Virus record (IMG/VR): IMGVR_UViG_3300006879_000851
Coordinates: 1-24,112 of that record
Reading direction: 5' to 3' (one strand)
DNA length: 24,112 nucleotides
From: a virus
Lineage: Duplodnaviria; Caudoviricetes
Shown here: one piece after another, positions 16,518 to 24,112 of the stretch
Layout of the letters: the number at the start of each line of letters is the position of its first letter
Numbering within the stretch: the first letter of the stretch is position 1
Notes under the pieces: model-generated
What the model was told of the DNA's origin: nothing
Databases searched by the model: none
Seen by the model: the letters and a program-made list of their open reading frames with translations, nothing else
Position numbers and translations under genes: made by a program

Positions 16518-16889
16518 TTAAATCCCTTTAAACTCGTCCAAGATTTCTTTCATTGATGGGTCTTCTTTTGCTAGAAGTTCGTAGATTTGAATTTCTTCAA
16601 TTTCTTTACGTCTTTCTTCTAGTTTTAGTCGGAGTTCTTCTCGACGTGCTTCTTTTTCAAGTCGCAGCTTGTGAGCATCTAAATCAATTCGTTGAACAAC
16701 CCACTTCATGATGTTCATAGGAATAGAATGATTTCTTTCTCCATAACCTTCAACAGTCGCAACTTTTAAACCGTTTCGAGTATCAACAACAACTTCTTCT
16801 CCTCGTTCTAAGTCTTGGATATCAGTTAAAAATTGATAAGATTTGAATGGGTTTTCATCAAAAAAGACAGATACATATTTTTTAGTCAT
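16518..16889 (-). CDS. Hypothetical protein (beta-rich N-terminus plus coiled coil)
   Basis: ATCGGAGG SD before ATG 16889. Confidence 0.75.
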   Translation of the reverse strand: MTKKYVSVFFDENPFKSYQFLTDIQDLERGEEVVVDTRNGLKVATVEGYGERNHSIPMNIMKWVVQRIDLDAHKLRLEKEARREELRLKLEERRKEIEEIQIYELLAKEDPSMKEILDEFKGI

Positions 16890-17133
16890 TTGTGTTTCCT
16901 CCGATTTTGTAATTGTATGGGTAATCATTTGGATGTTCTGTAGGTGTTATTTCAACGATAGTGAGATCGATATTGAATTTCTCAGATAGTTCGACGAATG
17001 GTCCGAATTTTCTGATTTCTTCTTTTGTGAACATATAAGCTTTAGATGTTAATTCGATCATTCTAATAGCTTTTTCTCGACTCTCTACGTTTACTAAACC
17101 TCGTTCAGTATGAACAATCATTGAACTAATCAA
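16882..17133 (-). CDS. Hypothetical protein (~80 aa)
   Basis: Fills the gap in the operon, overlaps neighbours by a few bases. Confidence 0.6.
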   Translation of the reverse strand: MISSMIVHTERGLVNVESREKAIRMIELTSKAYMFTKEEIRKFGPFVELSEKFNIDLTIVEITPTEHPNDYPYNYKIGGNTND

Positions 17134-17504
17134 TGAACATAACCAAGATCAGCGTTTTCTTGTCGTTCGTAGTTAATCTTGTTTTTATCTTTGTAACGTT
17201 CAATTACTTCTTTCTCATCCATTCCTAAAGCTAAGAAAATATTAGACATAAAGTGAAAAGCATCAATTGCTTCGTCTTTCATTTTTTCTTCTTGAATATT
17301 CAATTCTTCTTCAGTTAAGTGAGAATAGTCCTTCCAAGATTTATGAAAAGGCATTTCTCTAAATAATTCGACAACTTCTTCAATTAAGAAATATCCGTGC
17401 TCTTTAATATAAGCTGATCTTTCTTTAACTGTCATTTCTTCGAAGTTATGTCCCATACGTTTTTGAAACTTAAGTTGGGATTGTAATACAAATTCAATGC
17501 TCAT
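17130..17504 (-). CDS. Dimeric all-alpha dUTPase (MazG-like NTP pyrophosphatase)
   Basis: EE..EL, K.WK, DE.ID..HF, Y..KNK.N..RQ; GAGGA SD before ATG 17504. Confidence 0.8.
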   Translation of the reverse strand: MSIEFVLQSQLKFQKRMGHNFEEMTVKERSAYIKEHGYFLIEEVVELFREMPFHKSWKDYSHLTEEELNIQEEKMKDEAIDAFHFMSNIFLALGMDEKEVIERYKDKNKINYERQENADLGYVH

Positions 17505-17545
17505 GATTATGTTCCTCACCTTTCAAAAATAAATCTTACATGTTA

Positions 17546-17573
17546 TTTATATCTTGAGTATTTAAAACGTAAA
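17546..17573 (-). promoter_or_regulatory. Class II promoter (TTTACG-14-GA-TATAAA)
   Basis: -35 at 17568-17573; same architecture as 17844-17871. Confidence 0.55.
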
Positions 17574-17583
17574 CAAAAGGTTT

Positions 17584-17808
17584 TTAAATACTTTCGATTA
17601 ATTCAACTCTTCCATTTGATACATCAAAGACCATTGGAATCGTTTTTCCATTGCTAAAAACTTTGAAAATATTAGTAATTCTTTCATTGTCTTTAAGCTG
17701 AGATAATCTTTGTTTTAAACTGGAATCGTCTTTAAAACTTCTCAATTTCTTTGAAACTCCTTCTTGATAAACAACTGTAGCAATAAGAATGCTTTCATCA
17801 TTCGCCAA
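17584..17808 (-). CDS. Hypothetical protein (74 aa)
   Basis: AAAGGAGG SD, TTG start, own class II promoter. Confidence 0.7.
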   Translation of the reverse strand: MANDESILIATVVYQEGVSKKLRSFKDDSSLKQRLSQLKDNERITNIFKVFSNGKTIPMVFDVSNGRVELIESI

Positions 17809-17843
17809 TTTAGTTTCCTCCTTTTGTTCGTCGTTCTAAAAAA

Positions 17844-17871
17844 ATTATATCTTTAGCTTTAGAAACGTAAA
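17844..17871 (-). promoter_or_regulatory. Class II promoter (TTTACG-14-GA-TATAAT)
   Basis: -35 at 17866-17871, -10 at 17844-17849. Confidence 0.6.
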
Positions 17872-17890
17872 CAAAGAAAAACGAAAGATT

Positions 17891-20800
17891 TTACTCTTTC
17901 GCTTTCTCCGTTTGCATAAATACGTTTTCTTGATCGTATTTATTTATTTTAAATATTGTATGAGGGAATGTTGAGCCAGTTTTTCTTAAAACAAACTCAT
18001 CTCCACGTCTGAATCCTACTAGAATCATTTTTGTGCCTCTTGTGAACCATGAAGTGTCTAAGACTTCTTTATCTTTTCCACTAACTCTGATAACTTTCTT
18101 GTCATAGTGAGAAAATTGACCTTTAGAAAGCCTAACTGTTACAACACCGTCTTGAGTAGAAACATAGAAAAGTGATTTTCCTTTGTTCTTATCTACCACA
18201 GTTCCTGAAATAACGCTGATCTTATTCTGAGGGACTCTTCTCCCACGAATCGTCTTAAAGCCTGCGATTTCAGGTATTCTTGGAAGATTATTGAACTTTT
18301 CAATATCGAAGTATTTGTGCAATGGTATAAAGTCCATTTCGTGGTGGTTTGAGTAAAACAATATTGTTTCCATTTCCCAAGCTTCAATTGTTCCCATGCA
18401 ATTTTTCATCCAGAATTCTCTCATTTTTATTTTATTGAATTCGTCTGCGACTTCTGGAAGATAAACCCACTCTTTTAAAGGTTCAATTGCTTTGCCATAG
18501 TGTTTTTCAAATGATTTCTTATCAATTTCAAGTACTCCACTGTCATTAAACTTGTACTCTACTTTATCTTTTAAGTTTTTAATAAAATAAGTCTCGATTT
18601 TGTTATTCATCTCAACTTTATTTCTTCCAAAACAAGCCTGTCTGAAATGGTACAATTCAAGTTCATCTTTGAACTTTTCTTTGTCTACAAAGTTCATAAC
18701 AGCTGGAAGTTGGACCATTGTTATTTTCTTTCGCTTAGGGACTACTCTTCTTACATACTCAACCATTAATTTTCTTCGATCTTTATTGAATCGGTCAAAA
18801 CAGCCAGCTTTTATTAATATAACGCCTCGACCTTCTGAAATTACTTTCGTTTCAATAATTCTTTCATAAAAATCGTCAAAACTGTTGTAAGGTCGATTGC
18901 TTATTATCTTTTGAATAGCGTCAACACCAAGCCCTGGAATAGGTTTTAGACCAAATAGAATTTTACCTTCACTTTCTAAAGGAGTGAATCCCATATCTGA
19001 GTCATTGATGTCTGGGTTTAAAACGTATTCTTTCATATCTCCGATTGCTTTTGCGATAGAGCCATAATCTGTTCCTGATGTACTGTCTCCAATCAATCCA
19101 GCGTTAATTGATAAGCAAGCTGTTTTCCAGAAAACTGAACCGTATCTGTGACAGATGTTCATTTCAATCATTAGAATGAGAGTGTAACCTGCAATGTGTG
19201 GTAGTGAGAAAGCATAACCGAATTGAGGTTTTAATAACATTTCCCATACATAATTTAAGAAGTGATCAGAAGTTCCAGCAAGATTTCCCTGTTCATAGAA
19301 AAGGTTTCTTTGTTCTTCAATTAGTTTTTCATTTTGCTTAGCTACAGCTTTTCTGAATTTGTTTGCTTGAGTCAATGTAAAGTTTGAAATTCTCTCGTCC
19401 ATTGAAAGCTGCATTAGTCCTTCTTGAGTATCACAAATTCCGTACCTGTCTAGTAAGTGACCTTCTAAGATTTGAACTTCTGTTTTATTCAATCCATAAG
19501 CTTCCATCTCTTCGTACCATAAATTAATATTGTTCTTAAATCTAACGAACTTATCTAATGGCTGCTCTCCATCTGAGCTTAGTCTCATTAAAGAGTTTCC
19601 AGCACATAGCTCGTTGAAGTTTCTTGGCTGAATTTTGTTTAAAGCTTGTTGACCAACTGCGGTCTCAAATTGGAAAGCATTCATTACATGCCCTTCGAAT
19701 AATAAATCGTACATTTCAGGATCGTTCATTTCTAAAACGTCTGGATGTAAGTACTTCTCATATGTTTCTCTTAAACTTCCCTGCCATTCAATCTTTTTAT
19801 GCTCAATTAATAAATCTAGGGCTGTTCTGATTCTGTCTAGAGCGTTGATTGATAAGAAATCTAGTTTTAATCCACCCATATATTCGCTGTCTACTGCATC
19901 GAATTGTGTGATTGGTAGACCTGATGTTGTTTTCATCATAGCATTTTGCTTTGTGTAATCGTCTGGGAAAATGATGACGCCTGAGGCGTGCTGTCCGCGT
20001 CCCGAAACTAACCCCGAGATTGAATACATTGCTTCTTTCAATCCTTCGTAGTTTCCTACTTCTCTTATAAACTCTTTAACTGGAGCTTTACCTTTTTCTG
20101 AGTTTCCTTCGAAGCATTCTATAATACTCCAAGCTCCACCTTTGTCTGTAGGAATCAAGTTTGCCAAGTTAAATGCAATGTCCCTGTCAATTCCTAATCC
20201 TCGACAAGCAGTTAGGACAGTAGATCGAGAACCCTCAGTTGTTGTAGTTCCCATATTTAAAACTTTATTTTCACCGTAAGCTTCTTTGATAATATCGATG
20301 ATTTCAGCTCTTTTTGAACCTTCAGTATCTACGTCAATATCTGGTAGTTCTACACGTTCTTTTGAAAGGAAACGCCAGTGAGGTAGATCGAATTTCAGTG
20401 GGTTGATTTGTACGATATCGAGCAAATAGTTTAAGTAATAACAAGATGCTGATCCACGACTAACTCCAACCAATGAAACGGTCCACATTAAGTCAATTAC
20501 GTCCTTTGTTAGAACGAAGTATGAAGAAATTGGTTGCTTTAACGCTTTTGTAATGTGATATAACTCATCAAGTTCAAGGTTAATTCGAGATAAGTTTTCA
20601 TCGTTTAATTCTTCTTTCTTCTCGAGTAAACCTTCAGCAATTAAATGAAGATAGTATCGATCTACTTCGTAGTTACTTTCTGAGTACTTCTTGATATACT
20701 CATACTTTTCGTAATACGGCTCCAATAAATTGTTCATTTTGTATTCTGGAATATGAGCTTTTGGAACTTGAGTTTCCATTTTGAATTCAATAGGTTCAAT

Positions 20801-21682
20801 AGAATCACTTATTAAATGAGTGTTCTCAATAAGTTTATCTAGAATCGTTTCATCAAAATACTCTAAAAGTTGGTCACGATCCATTAGGTAAGTAGTTGCA
20901 TAGAATGCTGCAACTTCTCGCTCTCCGTTAGACGCTTGAAGATAAACTTCGTGAGCTCTTGCTTGTTCTTTGTTTAAATAGTGAGCATCAGTTGATACTA
21001 CACAATGAACTCCGTAAGCTTCTCCAATTTTTAATAAACCTTCGTTTGCATCTAACTGATCTTGGTTGTGAGAAGGCTGTAATTCAAAATACAAATCATC
21101 TCCGAAAACTTTTTTCAACCAAACAACCAATTGGTGAACTTTACTTTTTGTTTCTTTAGAAGGATTTCGCTTATAGTTAATTAATGCTTGAGGTAATTCA
21201 CCACCAACACAAGCTGAAGTCGCAATAATATCTCCTTTGTAGTCCTTCATGATTTCTTCTAACTCATCTTTGTAAGTTGGAACTCTTTCCATTCCCCTGT
21301 AGAAGAATGAATTTTCCCACGCCCTAGATGATAGCTTTTTCAATCCTTCATATCCGTGTTGATTTTTTGCGATTAAAATAAAGTGAGGAAATACAATCTT
21401 TTCATTTAGCTCTTTCTTAGATAACGTGTCTTCCTTATCTACCAAGTATATTTCGTTTCCGAAGGCAAGAGTGAAATCTTTGAATCGATCTTGATTATCT
21501 TGAACGTGTCGGAAAGCTTTTACGTGAGAAGATAACGTCTCGTGATCTGTGATAGCAATTCCTTTTAGACCTAATTCTAGAGCATATTCTAGTAAGTCAA
21601 CTGGCTTATTTATTGCGTCCCTCAATCTGAAATTTGATGCATGAGTATGAGAATGCGGTTTAAATGGCTGTTTAATCATCAT
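17891..21682 (-). CDS. dnaE: DNA polymerase III alpha subunit (DnaE-like, phage type)
   Basis: PHP domain (HSH, AITDH, TDAHY), SRGSA, PDIDVD catalytic motif, HASG, KLDFL, YAFSLPH, C-terminal OB region. Confidence 0.95.
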   Translation of the reverse strand: MMIKQPFKPHSHTHASNFRLRDAINKPVDLLEYALELGLKGIAITDHETLSSHVKAFRHVQDNQDRFKDFTLAFGNEIYLVDKEDTLSKKELNEKIVFPHFILIAKNQHGYEGLKKLSSRAWENSFFYRGMERVPTYKDELEEIMKDYKGDIIATSACVGGELPQALINYKRNPSKETKSKVHQLVVWLKKVFGDDLYFELQPSHNQDQLDANEGLLKIGEAYGVHCVVSTDAHYLNKEQARAHEVYLQASNGEREVAAFYATTYLMDRDQLLEYFDETILDKLIENTHLISDSIEPIEFKMETQVPKAHIPEYKMNNLLEPYYEKYEYIKKYSESNYEVDRYYLHLIAEGLLEKKEELNDENLSRINLELDELYHITKALKQPISSYFVLTKDVIDLMWTVSLVGVSRGSASCYYLNYLLDIVQINPLKFDLPHWRFLSKERVELPDIDVDTEGSKRAEIIDIIKEAYGENKVLNMGTTTTEGSRSTVLTACRGLGIDRDIAFNLANLIPTDKGGAWSIIECFEGNSEKGKAPVKEFIREVGNYEGLKEAMYSISGLVSGRGQHASGVIIFPDDYTKQNAMMKTTSGLPITQFDAVDSEYMGGLKLDFLSINALDRIRTALDLLIEHKKIEWQGSLRETYEKYLHPDVLEMNDPEMYDLLFEGHVMNAFQFETAVGQQALNKIQPRNFNELCAGNSLMRLSSDGEQPLDKFVRFKNNINLWYEEMEAYGLNKTEVQILEGHLLDRYGICDTQEGLMQLSMDERISNFTLTQANKFRKAVAKQNEKLIEEQRNLFYEQGNLAGTSDHFLNYVWEMLLKPQFGYAFSLPHIAGYTLILMIEMNICHRYGSVFWKTACLSINAGLIGDSTSGTDYGSIAKAIGDMKEYVLNPDINDSDMGFTPLESEGKILFGLKPIPGLGVDAIQKIISNRPYNSFDDFYERIIETKVISEGRGVILIKAGCFDRFNKDRRKLMVEYVRRVVPKRKKITMVQLPAVMNFVDKEKFKDELELYHFRQACFGRNKVEMNNKIETYFIKNLKDKVEYKFNDSGVLEIDKKSFEKHYGKAIEPLKEWVYLPEVADEFNKIKMREFWMKNCMGTIEAWEMETILFYSNHHEMDFIPLHKYFDIEKFNNLPRIPEIAGFKTIRGRRVPQNKISVISGTVVDKNKGKSLFYVSTQDGVVTVRLSKGQFSHYDKKVIRVSGKDKEVLDTSWFTRGTKMILVGFRRGDEFVLRKTGSTFPHTIFKINKYDQENVFMQTEKAKE

Positions 21683-21772
21683 ATATTATTTCCTTTCAAT
21701 ACAGTTATAACAGTCATGTCTGAGTTATAGAAGTTATAACAGTAGTTATATAAAGAAAGAGGTAGCTATAAG

Positions 21773-22225
21773 CTACCCCTCAACCTTCTTGGTTTTTCCT
21801 TTAAATACATGTGGCATTGATACGAGGATGCTTGTTTTAATGGATAAGTCTCCACCTAAATGTTTTTTTATGAAGTAATTAAAGAATTGTGCATCATCTT
21901 CTAAGTTAAGAAGATTTGATGACCTTTGGAAAACATTTATTGCAGAAACTTTTTTATTTTCATCGAATACAAAATGAATAGAAGAGATACATTCATCACT
22001 AGTGTAGAAAACTTGTCTTTCTGATTGAATCCATCCATGTTCAAATTTATATAGCAAGTGAACTAATTGTGCTTCAAGTGCTTCATAATAAACTTCATCT
22101 GATGGAGGAAATTCGTCACTAGTTCGTGGGGAAAGGAGAAGAAATGGTCCATATAGAACCATATCTTCAGTTTCCTTTGCCACAATTAAGTCTTCTTCTT
22201 TTGGAACGTAAGAGAAACCTAACAT
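21773..22225 (-). CDS. Minimal thymidylate-synthase(ThyA)-fold protein
   Basis: DECISSIHF (cf. PCH...QF), FQRSSN (cf. YQRS.D), LEDD (cf. LPFN/FRND), PHVF (cf. H.Y); starts 1 nt after the thyX-like stop. Confidence 0.55.
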   Translation of the reverse strand: MLGFSYVPKEEDLIVAKETEDMVLYGPFLLLSPRTSDEFPPSDEVYYEALEAQLVHLLYKFEHGWIQSERQVFYTSDECISSIHFVFDENKKVSAINVFQRSSNLLNLEDDAQFFNYFIKKHLGGDLSIKTSILVSMPHVFKGKTKKVEG

Positions 22226-22226
22226 A

Positions 22227-23246
22227 TTAATGGCCCTCTACAATATCGTCGATTGATACTGGATCTGAATGAATTTCTTCATCTTTTAATTCTCGTAAAT
22301 CATCCATGTATTCTTTAGATCGAACTTTCATTTTCTCTAGAGTTTCTTTGTACTGAGAAAGCATCTTTTCAAAGATTGAAGGACCTTCTGGTTTATGAGT
22401 TCCGTTAATATCCTCTCGGTAACCTTGATAAATGAAGTCTTTTTCATTCCACTCGAATTTATCAGAGCTTTCCTCTGGGAAGTAAAGGTTTGTAGCATGT
22501 CCGTTACGAGCATTCTTGATATAGTGGTAAGACGGCATTTCGAAATCAATAAGGTTTAAGTGAGCGATTGGATAAACTTCACATAAAGCTAAGTACATTT
22601 GATAAGCTAAAATGTTATCTGACTTAGGTTGAATTTGACGGTCTAAACGTTGTTTAATGAATCCTAGTAAGTCTCGGACATTACAAGAAGCATAATAGAA
22701 GTTATCATGGTTCTTGTTGAGGATTAATCGAGCATCCATAAGAGAAATCTCTTTAGAATCGATCATATCTGCATATAGCTCTCGACACTCTGTAGTTAAT
22801 TTCTTGTAACGTTCTAAGAACTCCGGAGAGTTTTGAATTGATTCTGGAACAACTGCCTTGTGATGAGATAACCAACGATCTCCTGTACATTGTGCTGAGA
22901 ATGAAAAAGTACGATGACGAATTAAATGAGTTACATCTTGAACTGAAATACCTTCAATTCGGAAAGTTAATCGAATTGTTTCTAAAATAGATGGTAGAGT
23001 TTTGAAAGTAAATGCTTTTTCAATATCTTCTACAACCTGATCTAATTTGAATTTATGTTGAGGATTGTCTGCCCAAGTTGCGTTAACATATCCTGGAAGA
23101 TATGATACGATACTTTCAAATGGTGTGTAATCAACTAAAGAAACTTTAATGTTTTCTAAGTCATTCACGAATTCGAAATCTGGCTTTTCTCCGAATCGAA
23201 TTGGCATTGGTAGCTTTACTGGTTCTAATTTGTTATTTTTTGGCAT
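22227..23246 (-). CDS. thyX: Divergent flavin-dependent thymidylate synthase (ThyX family)
   Basis: LE....TF.IEGIS, HLIRHR..SF, Y.....S..DAR.IL, N.R.L..F...R; Cys at the RHR-X7-S position. Confidence 0.8.
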   Translation of the reverse strand: MPKNNKLEPVKLPMPIRFGEKPDFEFVNDLENIKVSLVDYTPFESIVSYLPGYVNATWADNPQHKFKLDQVVEDIEKAFTFKTLPSILETIRLTFRIEGISVQDVTHLIRHRTFSFSAQCTGDRWLSHHKAVVPESIQNSPEFLERYKKLTTECRELYADMIDSKEISLMDARLILNKNHDNFYYASCNVRDLLGFIKQRLDRQIQPKSDNILAYQMYLALCEVYPIAHLNLIDFEMPSYHYIKNARNGHATNLYFPEESSDKFEWNEKDFIYQGYREDINGTHKPEGPSIFEKMLSQYKETLEKMKVRSKEYMDDLRELKDEEIHSDPVSIDDIVEGH

Positions 23247-23318
23247 TTTGTATTTCCTCCGATTGTGTTTTAAATTTGTTAGATTGAGAAATTTTTAAGA
23301 ACTTCTGAATCTAAAATC

Positions 23319-23346
23319 ATTATATCTTTGATATTTCCTTTGTAAA
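23319..23346 (-). promoter_or_regulatory. Class II promoter (TTTACA-14-GA-TATAAT)
   Basis: -35 at 23341-23346, -10 at 23319-23324. Confidence 0.55.
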
Positions 23347-23402
23347 CAATAATATTAAATAATTTTTTATTTAATATTTAATGTAATTAAATAATTCCTT
23401 AT

Positions 23403-24014
23403 TTAAACCCACTCCACAATATCTTCTGTAGGCAGTCTTTTTGAAATATTGGCTGACGCTCTCGACTTCCCAATAGTCACTAAAACGATTGGCGTGTATC
23501 TCTCATCTACATTGAACTGATCAATTAGCTGAGACTTATTAAAGCCTCCAATAATACCTGTATCGAAACCGTGAGATTCGGCAGCTAATATTAAGCTCAT
23601 AGCTGAAAGTGAAGCATTTACTAAAGAAGAATCTTCAACATCCCTTTCGTTTCTTTTAAACTTAGAAACTTGATTGCTTATAATATCTTTCACTTCTGGA
23701 GTGATTATTGACTCTTCTACTAAAGGTTTATATACCTTCTCGAAGTTTCTGTAGTATTCAGTGTCTGCTAAAACAGCAATGGCAGCACTACACTCAACAA
23801 TCTGTCTTTGATAATATCCAATTGGAAGAAGTTTTTCTTTACTTTCTGGAGTTACGACAGATAAGAACTTCCAAGGTTGAAGATTCCAAGCAGAAGGTGT
23901 TTTTGATGTTGTTTCAAATATTTCTGTTAACTTAGATGTAGAGATCTGAAAAGACGGATCGAACTTAGTAATATTAGTTCTGTTACTCATTAGCTGATCA
24001 AATAAATGTTTCAT
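23403..24014 (-). CDS. Nitroreductase / NAD(P)H-flavin oxidoreductase
   Basis: R.....F, PSAWNLQPWKF, L.LAA...G.DT..IGGF, P...V.IG, RLP. Confidence 0.9.
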   Translation of the reverse strand: MKHLFDQLMSNRTNITKFDPSFQISTSKLTEIFETTSKTPSAWNLQPWKFLSVVTPESKEKLLPIGYYQRQIVECSAAIAVLADTEYYRNFEKVYKPLVEESIITPEVKDIISNQVSKFKRNERDVEDSSLVNASLSAMSLILAAESHGFDTGIIGGFNKSQLIDQFNVDERYTPIVLVTIGKSRASANISKRLPTEDIVEWV

Positions 24015-24112
24015 CCTAGATCGACCTCATCCATAGCCTCATTCGCTAATTGATCAGCTCTTTCATTTCCGGGAACCCCAGAGTGACCCTTTACCTTTAC
24101 AAAAGAAATAAA
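24011..24112 (-). CDS. rnhA: Ribonuclease HI, 3' end (partial)
   Basis: Translates FISFVKVKGHSGVPGNERADQLANEAMDEVDLG*; TGA overlaps nitroreductase ATG. Confidence 0.85.
   Translation of the reverse strand, partial: FISFVKVKGHSGVPGNERADQLANEAMDEVDLG

Noticed and set aside
17891-21682. Intein or intron in dnaE
   Set aside because: Continuous ORF of ordinary length; no intein splice or homing-endonuclease motifs seen
4654-22549. Alternate-frame minus ORFs (4654-4845, 6418-6627, 8789-9007, 18193-18387, 22337-22549)
   Set aside because: Nested within or largely overlapping stronger genes, with no convincing RBS
678-23935. All plus-strand ORFs in the track (e.g. 678-899, 5651-5923, 18600-18869, 23708-23935)
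   Set aside because: They are antisense shadows of well-supported minus-strand genes, with no SD and atypical composition
1-24112. tRNA, rRNA, transposase or integrase genes
   Set aside because: No cloverleaf or T-loop signatures, rRNA-like sequence or recombinase motifs noticed by eye

Overview
AT-rich window with every credible protein gene on the minus strand. It looks like the replication and nucleotide-metabolism region of a large Bacillota (probably Bacillaceae) phage-plasmid or plasmid-like prophage. Plasmid-maintenance genes (RepA_N initiator with an intragenic iteron origin, ParM-like actin plus ParR-like adaptor and candidate centromere) sit among phage-type genes: type IIA topoisomerase A and B subunits, DnaE, RusA, a sigma factor, thymidine kinase, dimeric dUTPase, NUDIX, a thioredoxin-guanylate-kinase fusion, a divergent ThyX coupled to a minimal ThyA-fold protein, an amidoligase-GGCT pair, a nitroreductase and the end of RNase HI. 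The most striking non-coding signal is two tandem plus-strand small RNA candidates upstream of repA. One has a perfect sigma-A promoter and carries two short segments complementary to two motifs (UCAACUACUA and AUCGGAGG) that recur at the ribosome-binding sites of nine genes in the window, suggesting a multi-target riboregulator. A family of repeated non-canonical promoters (TGTACG/TTTACG -35), a LexA/DinR box and a possible pyrimidine-modification pathway are also visible. All calls come from reading motifs by eye; no database searches were run.
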